A stretch of DNA of 63,203 bases, filler included, from Octopus bimaculoides (lineage: Eukaryota), in NCBI RefSeq assembly GCF_001194135.2. It is 4 parts of 4 records of this genome, joined end to end, with 100 filler letters (N's around TTAATTAATTAA, not from the genome) between each part and the next. Parts side by side here need not be neighbours in the genome. Positions count along the whole stretch, not along the records: positions 27,142 to 56,059 come from NC_068985.1; positions 56,160 to 61,871 come from NW_026324847.1; positions 61,972 to 63,203 come from NW_026391938.1; 1 more part is not named here. One strand, written 5' to 3'. Positions 52,490 through 63,203 of the stretch are shown here, piece by piece. The notes below the pieces were generated by a model. That model was not told the origin of the DNA and searched no databases. It saw nothing but the letters and a program-made list of their open reading frames with translations. Positions within the stretch are counted from its first letter, which is position 1. Each line of letters opens with the position of its first letter. A program made the position numbers and the translations under genes.

Positions 52490-52690
52490 TAACACTGAGA
52501 ATGTATGTGTGTCTGTCTGTCTGTCTATCCGTTTGTCTGTCTGTATGCATATCTGCATCGCTAAAATTCGAGAACTACCCAACGGATTTCATTCAAATTT
52601 TACATATGCAGTGTCATGGGCCCAAAAAAATTTTCAACTTCTTGCCTAATGCGAGCCCGGAGCAATCTCTTATCTCTTACAATGCTTCTG
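52490..52690 (+). mobile_element. Helentron/DINE-like (HINE) non-autonomous element, degenerate
   Basis: (TCTG)n tract followed by GAACTAC.CAACGGATTTTCATTCAAATTT, the layout typical of DINE-like elements. Confidence 0.5.
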
Positions 52691-52869
52691 TGTTGTGTCA
52701 AAAGTGAAACAATAACATTTCTATTAATACTTTCACTATTATATGGTTTCAATTTCAATTACTTTCATTATGTATCTATATAAATTGGTTTCATTTCAAT
52801 TACTTTCGATATGTAGTTATGTACATGTTTGTATATGTACGTTTGTATGTGTATATATGTATATATATG

Positions 52870-52920
<51 letters not shown>

Positions 52921-55734
52921 NNNNNNNNNNNNNNNNNNNNNNNNNNNNNNNNNNNNNNNNNNNNNNNNNNNNNNNNNNNNNNNNNNNNNNNNNNNNNNNN
53001 NNNNNNNNNNNNNNNNNNNNNNNNNNNNNNNNNNNNNNNNNNNNNNNNNNNNNNNNNNNNNNNNNNNNNNNNNNNNNNNNNNNNNNNNNNNNNNNNNNNN
53101 NNNNNNNNNNNNNNNNNNNNNNNNNNNNNNNNNNNNNNNNNNNNNNNNNNNNNNNNNNNNNNNNNNNNNNNNNNNNNNNNNNNNNNNNNNNNNNNNNNNN
53201 NNNNNNNNNNNNNNNNNNNNNNNNNNNNNNNNNNNNNNNNNNNNNNNNNNNNNNNNNNNNNNNNNNNNNNNNNNNNNNNNNNNNNNNNNNNNNNNNNNNN
53301 NNNNNNNNNNNNNNNNNNNNNNNNNNNNNNNNNNNNNNNNNNNNNNNNNNNNNNNNNNNNNNNNNNNNNNNNNNNNNNNNNNNNNNNNNNNNNNNNNNNN
53401 NNNNNNNNNNNNNNNNNNNNNNNNNNNNNNNNNNNNNNNNNNNNNNNNNNNNNNNNNNNNNNNNNNNNNNNNNNNNNNNNNNNNNNNNNNNNNNNNNNNN
53501 NNNNNNNNNNNNNNNNNNNNNNNNNNNNNNNNNNNNNNNNNNNNNNNNNNNNNNNNNNNNNNNNNNNNNNNNNNNNNNNNNNNNNNNNNNNNNNNNNNNN
53601 NNNNNNNNNNNNNNNNNNNNNNNNNNNNNNNNNNNNNNNNNNNNNNNNNNNNNNNNNNNNNNNNNNNNNNNNNNNNNNNNNNNNNNNNNNNNNNNNNNNN
53701 NNNNNNNNNNNNNNNNNNNNNNNNNNNNNNNNNNNNNNNNNNNNNNNNNNNNNNNNNNNNNNNNNNNNNNNNNNNNNNNNNNNNNNNNNNNNNNNNNNNN
53801 NNNNNNNNNNNNNNNNNNNNNNNNNNNNNNNNNNNNNNNNNNNNNNNNNNNNATGAGTGAGTATTGTGTATGTGAGAGGTGTGTGTGCATGTGTGTATAT
53901 GTGTATGTGTGCATGTGTGTATATGTGTATGTGTGTCGTGTATGTGTGTGTGTGTGTGTGTGTGGTTTTATGTATGTGAGGGGTGTGTATGTGTGTGTTT
54001 ATGTGTGTGCGTGCGTATGTGTGCCAGGTATGTGTGTTATTTTGTGTGTGCACTCCTGTGTGTATGTGTGTGCATGTGTATGCGGCTGTATGTAGGCGTG
54101 CGCGTATATATGGGTGTGTGTGTGTATATATGTGCGTTCAGCTATGTGTGTGTGAGGGCGCGTATGTATGTTTGTCATATATATAGAAATATATATATAT
54201 ATATGTATATGTATATATATTTGTGTATATGTGTGTGTGTGTATGCATGTCTTTTTTCTCTTTCGTCTCTGTTACTATTTTTATTACTGTTATTTTTTCC
54301 CCTTTTACAGCTTGCTTGTAAATATCCGATTTTTTCCCTATTTCCCTATTTGTATTCTCCCTTATTGTATCTTATTTTGATTTACTTTATTTTATTAAAC
54401 CTTTTTTGATGCCTTTACAATAATTCCTCACACTGATGACAATGACAATGCAGAAATTTAACTATAATTACTATGGTTATAATTTTGTTTCTTACATAGT
54501 TGTATTGTCCTTTGAAACGCGCGTATGTATTGAATCCTCTTTTGTACTAAATTTAATTTTGATTCAACATCTTTTTTCTCTTCCATTTTTCTAGAATTGT
54601 TTATGGTATATTTATACCTATAACAATATTTTTCAACTACTATTTTCATATTCTTATTACTTGCTCTGGCTGTTTTTTATGAATATGATGAATCTTTATT
54701 AGAAATCATTCTTTCTCTCTTTTTGGACCTCTCAAAAAGTTTGAATTGTTCAATTTTGAACTTATTTTTCCNNNNNNNNNNNNNNNNNNNNNNNNNNNNN
54801 NNNNNNNNNNNNNNNNNNNNNNNNNNNNNNNNNNNNNNNNNNNNNNNNNNNNNNNNNNNNNNNNNNNNNNNNNNNNNNNNNNNNNNNNNNNNNNNNNNNN
54901 NNNNNNNNNNNNNNNNNNNNNNNNNNNNNNNNNNNNNNNNNNNNNNNNNNNNNNNNNNNNNNNNNNNNNNNNNNNNNNNNNNNNNNNNNNNNNNNNNNNN
55001 NNNNNNNNNNNNNNNNNNNNNNNNNNNNNNNNNNNNNNNNNNNNNNNNNNNNNNNNNNNNNNNNNNNNNNNNNNNNNNNNNNNNNNNNNNNNNNNNNNNN
55101 NNNNNNNNNNNNNNNNNNNNNATATATACTAGCAGTATAATCCGACCTTGTCCGGGTGTGACTTATTACGCCATCTATGATAAGTCTTGCTAGGTGAAAA
55201 TCAACTAAAAAAGAAAGCCTTACAACGAAAATACCCTTATGATGTAAATATGTTCATAATTCAAAAGACGATGAAATTAATAGGGAAAGTCTGAAGGCTG
55301 TTTTGCGTAAAATTATTAAGCGTACGTAAATTTCAACCGTCTAATTGGCTATAGAAATGCTTGTGCAAAACAACTTTTTGCGCTTCCCTGATTATACATG
55401 GCAGGGTAATCCATTTTCACAGGAGCTAGGACGGCAATTTGTAATGAAGCAATTGCTAGTGATCTGTTGCTACACAGTTTTGCCAGAATTCTATCAGATT
55501 GGGAAGAAGATGTTGATGCACCATTTTGCATTATGTTCAAAGTAGCTTCTGGAATGTGGTGAATTGCTGCAGTCTGTTGCTGTCATTTTAAACCGGTTGC
55601 TGTCTTTCCCCAGCAAACTCTCTTCTTTGGAGGCATAATCTATGTATATATTAAAGAGAACAATAAAAGTTATGATAGATGGCAGGGTCGGTACTTTTCA
55701 TATATCTGTAATTTTTCAGATTAACACCCGCACG

Positions 55735-55876
55735 ATTACCCAACCCTGATCCTAATACTAGCCCTAACATTAACCCTAAACCCTAACCCTGACCCTAAAA
55801 CCGTAACCGTAACATTAATCTTAACCCTAACCGTAACCGTAACCCTAAACCCTAACCCCTAACCCTAACACCCTAG
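55735..55876. repeat. Degenerate telomere-like (CCCTAA)n tract
   Basis: Mixed CCCTAA, CCGTAA and CCCTAAA units. Confidence 0.85.
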
Positions 55877-56059
55877 TGAAAATCGTGGTATATTTACAAA
55901 ACATTGACGAACATGAGTTATATTTTACTGAATGATTGTGTACTTGCACGTGTATGCGTTTGAGAGAGCGAGAGAGGAAGGGGGAGAGAGAGGGGGAGAA
56001 AGGAATAGAGGTAGTTAAAAGTTTTCTTATGACAGCTTCTCTTCACTGCCTATTACTTC

Positions 56060-56159
56060 NNNNNNNNNNNNNNNNNNNNNNNNNNNNNNNNNNNNNNNNN
56101 NNNTTAATTAATTAANNNNNNNNNNNNNNNNNNNNNNNNNNNNNNNNNNNNNNNNNNNN
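56060..56159. other. Artificial assembly linker N44-TTAATTAATTAA-N44
   Basis: Same structure as 27042-27141. Confidence 0.97.
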
Positions 56160-56200
<41 letters not shown>

Positions 56201-56309
56201 CAGACATTTGACTTCTGTTATTTCTTGCTAACATGAGATGAACGGGTTATCAGGGTTTGAGTAATTTCCTATTCTGCGTTACAACTCATCTTGATTAATC
56301 GAGGAGCAT

Positions 56310-56650
56310 TTCGACTTTGCCTTTCATCTTTTCGGGGTCGATTAAATAAGTACCAGTTACGCACTGGGGTCGATATAATCAACTTAATACCTTTGTTTGT
56401 CCTTGTTTGTCCCCTCTATGTTTAGCCCCTTGTGGGCAATAAAGAAATAAGAAACGTTAGCACGCCGGACGAAATGCTTAGCGGTATTTCGCCTGTGTTT
56501 ACGTTCTGAGTTCAAATTCCACCGAGGTCGACTTTGCCTTTCATCCTTTCCGGGTCGATAAATGTTACGTTCGACCAGTTACGATCGATCAGTTCTGGGG
56601 TCGATCTAATCCCCAAAATTTCGAACCTTGTGCCTAGAGAAGAAAAGATA
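56310..56650 (+). mobile_element. SINE family B composite
   Basis: Matches other copies. Confidence 0.88.
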
Positions 56651-57519
56651 TCACATTATATCATATTATATCATATTGTATTATATCATGTTATATTATA
56701 ATACATTACTAGGTATATGAACCGAGTATTCTTGTGTGGCCAAATGGCTTGCAAGAAATATTTGTCCAAATCTCACTTAACCCACGTCTCAACATCGTAC
56801 ACATTGGCTTATCTGGTCTAAGGTACACTATAACCTAAATTACATAAGAAAAATCGAGATAGCCACTGCTAGCATGTCTTTGATCGAGGATGTGTCGGAT
56901 CAGGTCTGAGATAGAGCGAAACCACATAAGTCTTGATTTACTTGCTCTTATTTTTATTATAGTTGTTGTTTTGCAAATAGATATAACGTGAAATGAACAA
57001 AAACACGGATTATTAGTGTAAACAAAACAAAGAGATAGAAGAAAATTAATCGTGAAACATGCGTAGACACACAAGTAAACAAATTTGTAAATTATTGCAC
57101 AGCTGTATAGAATTACATCAATAAGTCCATATTATCGTAAACAAGTAAATACGTAATATATACATAACATATAGAAGCACAAATATTGACATATACAAAC
57201 TTATATCAACGTATACAAACATATATATTAACATATACAAACATATATTTTAGCATGTAAAAAACATATTAACATATACAGTTACATACATTAGTATATA
57301 CAAGCAAATATATTAACATTTACACATACCTATATACAAATACATATATTAATATATACAAACACGTATCTTAACGTATATATTAATATATAGATTAATA
57401 CATATATTAATATGCTTCTTGGCTCACTGAACAAAGTATGGTAGCTCCGACATTACTAATCGTTTTTTGCGGAGATAGCATCGCTAAGTATTCTCCCAAG
57501 TCTTTATTTCATGCAGTTG

Positions 57520-57915
57520 AATTCAATATCCAGAGCTTCATCGTTCCTGAAGGAGGAACCTTTCCCTGGACACCTTCCATTGCTGTGTGTCTCAGACCAG
57601 TCGTGGCAACGTAGGCCCCAGGTAGCGAGTGAGATCATCACGCCATCTTGTCTTTGGTCAGTCGCTTGATCTTGTTCACTGTCTTGGCGTCCATTCCGTC
57701 ATCCTGGTTGTCCTTATGTTGTCCTTTAGTCATGCGATATGGCTTCCCAATCTATATTTGCTTTTCCTGATGGTTCTTTTGATGTCGTTGGCTCTCGTGT
57801 GCTGTCGTATCCAGGCGTTGGTTTCCTTATTCCGCAATGTGATGCCGAGCATGATTCTATTTTCGTTGGGCTACGGTGAGGGTGCTCATGATGGTAGTGC
57901 TGAGAGTCATGTTCA
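57520..57915 (-). mobile_element. RTE-clade LINE 3' fragment
   Basis: LTVAQRK*(R)IMLGITLRNKETNAWIRQHT...KYRLGSHIA...MTEWTPR...PKTRWRDDL, the classic RTE C-terminus. A small second piece lies at about 60232-60272. Confidence 0.88.
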
Positions 57916-58094
57916 AGCTGTTACACTGCTGTTTATTCCTCTCTCTCTCTCCTCTTTCTCTTAAACTTCATTTATCTCTGCTATTTTTGGTAAACATTAT
58001 ATTTAGTTGATGAGTTCTAATAAGATTGAAACATGTCTGTAGTAGTCAATACATAGTTCAGATTAACTTCTTACTAAATAACTCACATATCGGG

Positions 58095-58205
58095 GCGAGG
58101 ATGGCAATCAGCAAGTGTGAGCCTCGTGAGTCAGAATGGCTGTTTCAGTGCACCTTTCTCGCCATCCTCCGAGGCAACGCCTTTTCCATTTTGTCCTCGA
58201 GTAAC
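58095..58205 (+). mobile_element. CRE-like non-LTR retrotransposon C-terminal fragment
   Basis: EPRESEWLFQCTFLAILRGNAFSILSS resembles the CRE-clade terminus (ExxFLFQRLSxAIxRGNAxSIL). Confidence 0.7.
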
Positions 58206-59514
58206 AAGGTACCTCACAGCTCTCACGTCCGATTTCCTTTTCAAGTCTTCTGTCAACGCTCTTTCAACTGTCACAGCTGAAACTCCTCTCTTACGTGCCA
58301 AGCGTCTTATGGATTGAGTTAGACCTCTTTGACACTTGACGTGTGGTACACCTGTGTACCTGTTCAGGCAACATCGATTTGATGGAGGGACTCAGATAAT
58401 GTGCGGCACATACATTTGATCATTATAAACAAATAACTTATGCAGGTCGTTCGGCAAAACCTGAACACTTATAAGTTGTTTTCGATGAGAGTCCATCGTC
58501 TCTAGACATGCATTTATTCTTATATGTGTATATATACACACGTAGTTGAAAATCAGATGCATGCACACACCGACTCAATAAGTATATATATACACATATG
58601 CAGGCACGCACATACTCTCTAGACCTACCTTCCAACAGAGACGTGTTAGTTTCAGCTCCAGCAACCAGCAGCCTCCTTGTTCGGCTGCTAGGTTACCAAA
58701 TTGTTGTACAAACTAGTCAAGATGCTACAAACTTCAATGGTATAGCATTTTCCTGGCGTATTTTCTTTCGTGGGAGTCCTGTCATTCATAAATACATTTT
58801 GACACGCATGGTACCAGTAATTTATTCAAACTCATATCAAACCGAAACAATGTTTTCTTTGTGATACATATTCGGAGTAAAATAGCTGTCTTGGATTACA
58901 TTAAATAACAACAATTATAGCTATTATATAGTTTCTCTCCTTACGCTCTTTTCTGGAGGTTGTAATGACTCTAGTTTTGTGTCATGTTCACCCTTCTATT
59001 TCGTTCCTATACATTAATCTGTGTTGAAATTGGAAAACGTGCCGTAGTTTTAAACTATATAATGATACTAAAAAATGCCTGCTTTATGGTTATATTTTAC
59101 ATTGCCGGTGCAAAACATATCTTTTATTTAACACTAATGATGAGAAACACTAAAGTAATTAAAAAACAGTCTTCATAGCTTTTAATGATATAGCATCATT
59201 TTACAGTCGCCTTGGCCAGCAACACATAAAAAAAAAACGTTTCCAAACTAAGCCGTCTTGAAAAATGTTTGCCGAACCTGATAAAATTTACATATTTTGA
59301 CCCCAGGACATTTCTAGTTGGGCTTCCTTTTATCCACTGTTACTGAGGTTAAACAGTGCATTGTATTTTGGTGAAGAGGGACTGCCACTTCATCAAAATA
59401 TGATAAGTACTTTATATGACGTTTGAGAACAGAGCAGAAAACTTTTCTAAATGACGTTTAAAAGTATTACGGGGCTAACCGAGGTAAGGAGTTGCTTTTA
59501 CAAACACTTTAGAA

Positions 59515-59579
<65 letters not shown>

Positions 59580-60009
59580 AATGGAAAAAGCCACGACATT
59601 GTTGCTTAAAAATAAGAATAAAATCAAACACAAATTGTTTCACTAAATATTTTGGTCGTTTTTATATCCTTGTAATGGATATATAATATAACGAAGCAGC
59701 AAGGAAGGAAGTATATACACAACACACTACTATTAGTATTCCACGAAACTCAGCGCTCTGAAGTAAAGGCTCACAGTGAGCTACTACCGACACGAACTGC
59801 CCATCGCTCACAGTTCTTTCATTTATAATAATGAGTCAGTCCACCTTTAGTCACTTGGAGTGGAGTTCGGAATCCTTCCACAACAGTCGTAAAATACCTG
59901 CGTCATAAAAAAAGATTGGAGTATCGCCCTGAGAGACACAGAATGGGGCGGGGTTTGGGAGAGTGTTGTTATATGTGCATATTGCTAATGTTTTTGCAAT
60001 TATTGTAAA

Positions 60010-60233
60010 GTTATTAATATTGGTTTCAAACTTCGGCAGAAAGCCAGTATTTTCGGGGCAGTGGTTAAGTCTATTATATCGACCCAAGTGCTCATCTGGT
60101 ACTTGTATCAACCTCGAAAGGATAAAAAGCAAAGTAGACCTCGACAGAATTTGAACTCAGAGCGTAAAGATAGACGAAATGCTGACAAGCATTTTTTTCC
60201 AGCGTGCTAATGATTCTGCCAGCTCACCGCCTT
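60010..60233 (-). mobile_element. SINE family B
   Basis: Matches other copies. Confidence 0.85.
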
Positions 60234-60600
60234 GGTTTCCTCGTCCCGCAATGTGATGCCGAGCACGATTAGTTCCATATGCGTATCTGCGGTGTACTCA
60301 GACACTTACACGTTAATTTCATGCGCAGGCTATTCCATTGATCGGATCAACTGGAACACTTTTCGTCGAAACCGACGGAGCGCCAGTTTTTCTTTTCGTG
60401 ATGACAATGTAATTGCTTTAAAAACAAAACACTTTAATTCAACCGGATGATGACAGATAGCTTGTTCTCGTGAGCAATTGATCACATAATCTGAAAAAAT
60501 GCTTGAAATCGCTTCAGAAACTCGGTATAATTTCAAAAACTATCGACTTAAACCCTTTAGATGAACTTCAACTCCCGTTACTGCTTTGATTTCCGATTAC

Positions 60601-61777
60601 GAACGGAGCCTCGATTCATTCTTTCCACACGCATCACAGGCTTTACAGTGTCTATAAACTGCCTCCTCGTCAAGTGTATTAAACCTTTGGTACGATTGAT
60701 TGGTATAAAGTTGAAGGATTTTCGCTTGTCGGTAAGTTCCATTGGCGCAAAGATTGCATTGTTTGGCCTTTATTTATAAGTACAATTTTGGAGTAGTTTG
60801 TTGTTCCCTGTAAGATTTATTGACAGTGAGTTCGGTGGATTTGCTATTCACGATAGTATTTATTGCTACAGGTTTGGCAAAGGTTTTTTTTTTTTTTTAA
60901 ATAAGTTTCAACGGAACAGAATTTGCAAGGTTTGTTGCTTATTGCAGGACTCATTGGTACATAAATGGTAGGGTTTGTGTGTTTTTCATTGTAGATTTCC
61001 TTGTACAGTTCACTGAGTTAGATTTTTTATAAGATTCAGTGATACAGGGTAGGCCGGGCGATCATTTAAGGGAAAATTCAATGGTGGGAAAATTTTGTTG
61101 CTTCTGTAGGGATCACTGCCGATGACTGTAGCAGATATAACCTGGGTTTGAAGTGGGTTTTTAGAGACAAGCTTTAACAAAAGCTAAGGGGTTCGTCACT
61201 TTCAGTGGTCTTCTAGCACGCCGGACACCAACCCAGAATTTCTGAGGGTCCGTACTAGATTTCATTGGTACAGTGTGTGTGTGTATAAGATTTGGTGTTT
61301 ATAAGTGCAGATTTTACCGGGTAAATTTTGGCTTGTTGTATATCTTAGGATTCATTGGCACAGAGTATACAAGGTTTGTTATGTAAGATTCATTGGTACA
61401 GGGTTGGCAGGGTTTGACAATCATGGGAGATGTCTGGCTGCTATTTTGTTTATTGTAGTATGCATTGCTACTGAGTTAGCAAGTTTTGATTTTGTGGCAT
61501 GTTTTGTTGGTACAGAGTTTGCATTGCTTGGTGTTTAGGATTCAGAAGTACAGAAATAGCAGGATTTGCTGCTTGCGGGAGGATTGATAAGCACACATTT
61601 CCTAGTTTTTGTTGGTAGAGGATTCCGCAGTGTAAAGTATTTATGATACGATTCCTTTGTACAGAGTTGGTAGCATTGTTTTCATAGTAGCGTTCATTGC
61701 TACTGACCTGGTACACATGGCAACAATGACAGCATGTCTGGATTTTTTGTGTGAGTATCTTATCTGCCATAAGGGAC
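60601..61777 (-). pseudogene. Decayed exon-like block of about 39-nt (13-aa) CxxC repeats ending in a TNFR-like Cys motif
   Basis: Strong acceptor ttttatttctttcag| at 61778. Recurrent CTGTACCAATGAATC. One frame gives KPCQPCTNESY, KPCILCANES*, KSCYFCTSES*, KQCKLCTNKT, KPCKFCSVETY, KQCNLCANGTY and HCKACDACGKNES, broken by stops and frameshifts. Confidence 0.55.
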
Positions 61778-61871
61778 CTGAAAGAAATAAAATATCCTTA
61801 ATTGGTTTAAAGCCAGTAATATGCTGGTAATTAACTCAAGTACTTCTTGCACCTTGGATGTTTATATATAT

Positions 61872-61971
61872 NNNNNNNNNNNNNNNNNNNNNNNNNNNNN
61901 NNNNNNNNNNNNNNNTTAATTAATTAANNNNNNNNNNNNNNNNNNNNNNNNNNNNNNNNNNNNNNNNNNNN
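61872..61971. other. Artificial assembly linker N44-TTAATTAATTAA-N44
   Basis: Same structure as 27042-27141. Confidence 0.97.
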
Positions 61972-63203
61972 TTTTAGTTTAACCTAAAACTTCGTTTAAA
62001 TTGTATTTTAAATGAAAGATTTGTTAAGATAAGATTTGCATATAATATTTCTGTTAGTTTATATTGTTTCTTAGTCTTATTATTTAGAATCTATAATTTC
62101 TTAGATTTTAACGTTCAATAAAATGTTTACAATATAGTTAATTGTTTTATTACGATTTAAGTTATATAAAGTTTAATTTTTCATTCATGATTTTATAAAT
62201 AAAACTTTCATTTATGTTTTTATATCTCTTTATTATATTTTTTTCTTTACGCAATATCTTCACGAGACTTCTTTCTAATAAACGCTTTAGTTTTGAGTTT
62301 AACGTCTAAATTTTTTTTAGTTTAAACTATAGCATCGTTGAGATAAGAATTGCTTTTATCTTTATTAATAGTGTTAAATGATTTTCTATCATTGTTTGAA
62401 AAAATATGTATTTTTATATTAATTCAATTGATATTTAATGTTAGCCGATACCTTATTTAATACTAAGTTAATAGTATTAAGCTTATCATCTTAGTTTAAA
62501 CCAAAACTTCAATTGGATTAGAGTTGAATTTTTCCAATAATACCGTTTAATATTTCCTTTTGATTTATGGGATAAATAAGTTGTTTTTTTTATATAATTT
62601 CTTTGATTATTAGTTTATATTCTAATTAAGGTTAAGTCAATAGTACAACATTTATAATTTTATTTAAACTAAAGGTTCGATTGGATAAATTTTGTATTTC
62701 TTTTCAATAATTTTGTTAAATATTTTTTACTTTAATTAATGGTGATATAATTGCTTTTATATATCAATTTATATAAATTAATTGTTTGTTAGTTTATATT
62801 TTACGTTTATAATTTTAATTTCACCTAAAACTTCGAAAGATTCGTTAAGATAAGATTTGCATATAATATTTCTGTTAGTTTATATTATAATAAACGTAAA
62901 GTTGATTATGGCACGTTTATAATTTTTTATATTTTTAATAATATTGTTTAACATTTTTCTATCTTAATATAATAAGTATTTTTATATACATTCATTTGTT
63001 GTTTATTGTTTTATTATTATTATTGTTGTATTTTGACCTGAAGATTAGCTATGTTTTTGAATAGAATTGATTTTTGATCGATTTAATCGATTTGAATATA
63101 TTTTATTTTCTATTTGAAAACTTGGTTATGAAACACGTGTAGTCGTTTTAATGTCATTATCTTATGATTTTTACTTTGTATTATATTATACTTATTTATC
63201 GTG
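61972..63203. repeat. Extremely AT-rich block with internal direct repeats; unknown origin
   Basis: ACCTAAAACTTCG...GTTAAGATAAGATTTGCATATAATATTTCTGTTAGTTTATATT occurs at about 61982-62066 and 62823-62886. No SINEs or long microsatellites. Confidence 0.6.

Noticed and set aside
779-55193. Dozens of long ORFs in the track containing X runs or YIYI, CVCV, THTH, SLSL repeats
   Set aside because: They arise from N gaps and di/tetranucleotide microsatellites that lack stop codons; they are not genes.
55130-55640. Possible Helitron helicase relic (ILAKLCSNRSLAIA; TACTAG-type start)
   Set aside because: The motif resemblance is partial and out of the expected order; too weak to call by eye.
55735-55876. 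True telomere
   Set aside because: Short, degenerate, and flanked by non-telomeric sequence on both sides.
57629-57964. 111-aa hydrophobic ORF
   Set aside because: It is the antisense reading of an RTE LINE fragment.
58545-60000. Several small minus-strand exon candidates (e.g. 58629-58712 with gaag|gtaggt) that might continue the Cys-repeat gene
   Set aside because: Frames are ambiguous and there is no TM or death-domain similarity; splice-like motifs are frequent by chance in AT-rich DNA.

Overview
AT-rich, microsatellite-dense animal genomic DNA from a heavily gapped draft assembly. There are no operons, rRNA, true tRNA genes or CRISPR arrays. The tRNA-derived SINE families resemble those of coleoid cephalopods (Octopus); this is from recognition, not a database search. 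Three 100-bp spacers (N44-TTAATTAATTAA-N44) are artificial six-frame-stop linkers, so the window is probably four joined pieces. Most ORFs in the supplied track are microsatellite or gap artefacts. Most recognisable content is transposon-derived: about 30 SINE copies, relics of R4/Dong-, RTE- and CRE-like LINEs, a Penelope-like RT carrying a nested solo LTR and a SINE, two Tc1/mariner transposase relics and several MITEs. The best host-gene signals are: (i) a well-bounded minus-strand exon encoding a Myb/SANT-like (trihelix-type) domain at 9100-9465; (ii) a cluster of three RFX X-box motifs at 6241-6420 followed by a splice donor and a candidate plus-strand coding exon; (iii) a decayed exon-like block of about 13-aa CxxC repeats ending in a TNFR-like cysteine motif at 60601-61777. 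There is also evidence for an R4-like retrotransposon associated with (TACA)n microsatellites. Repeat boundaries are read by eye and approximate unless TSDs or splice sites are quoted.
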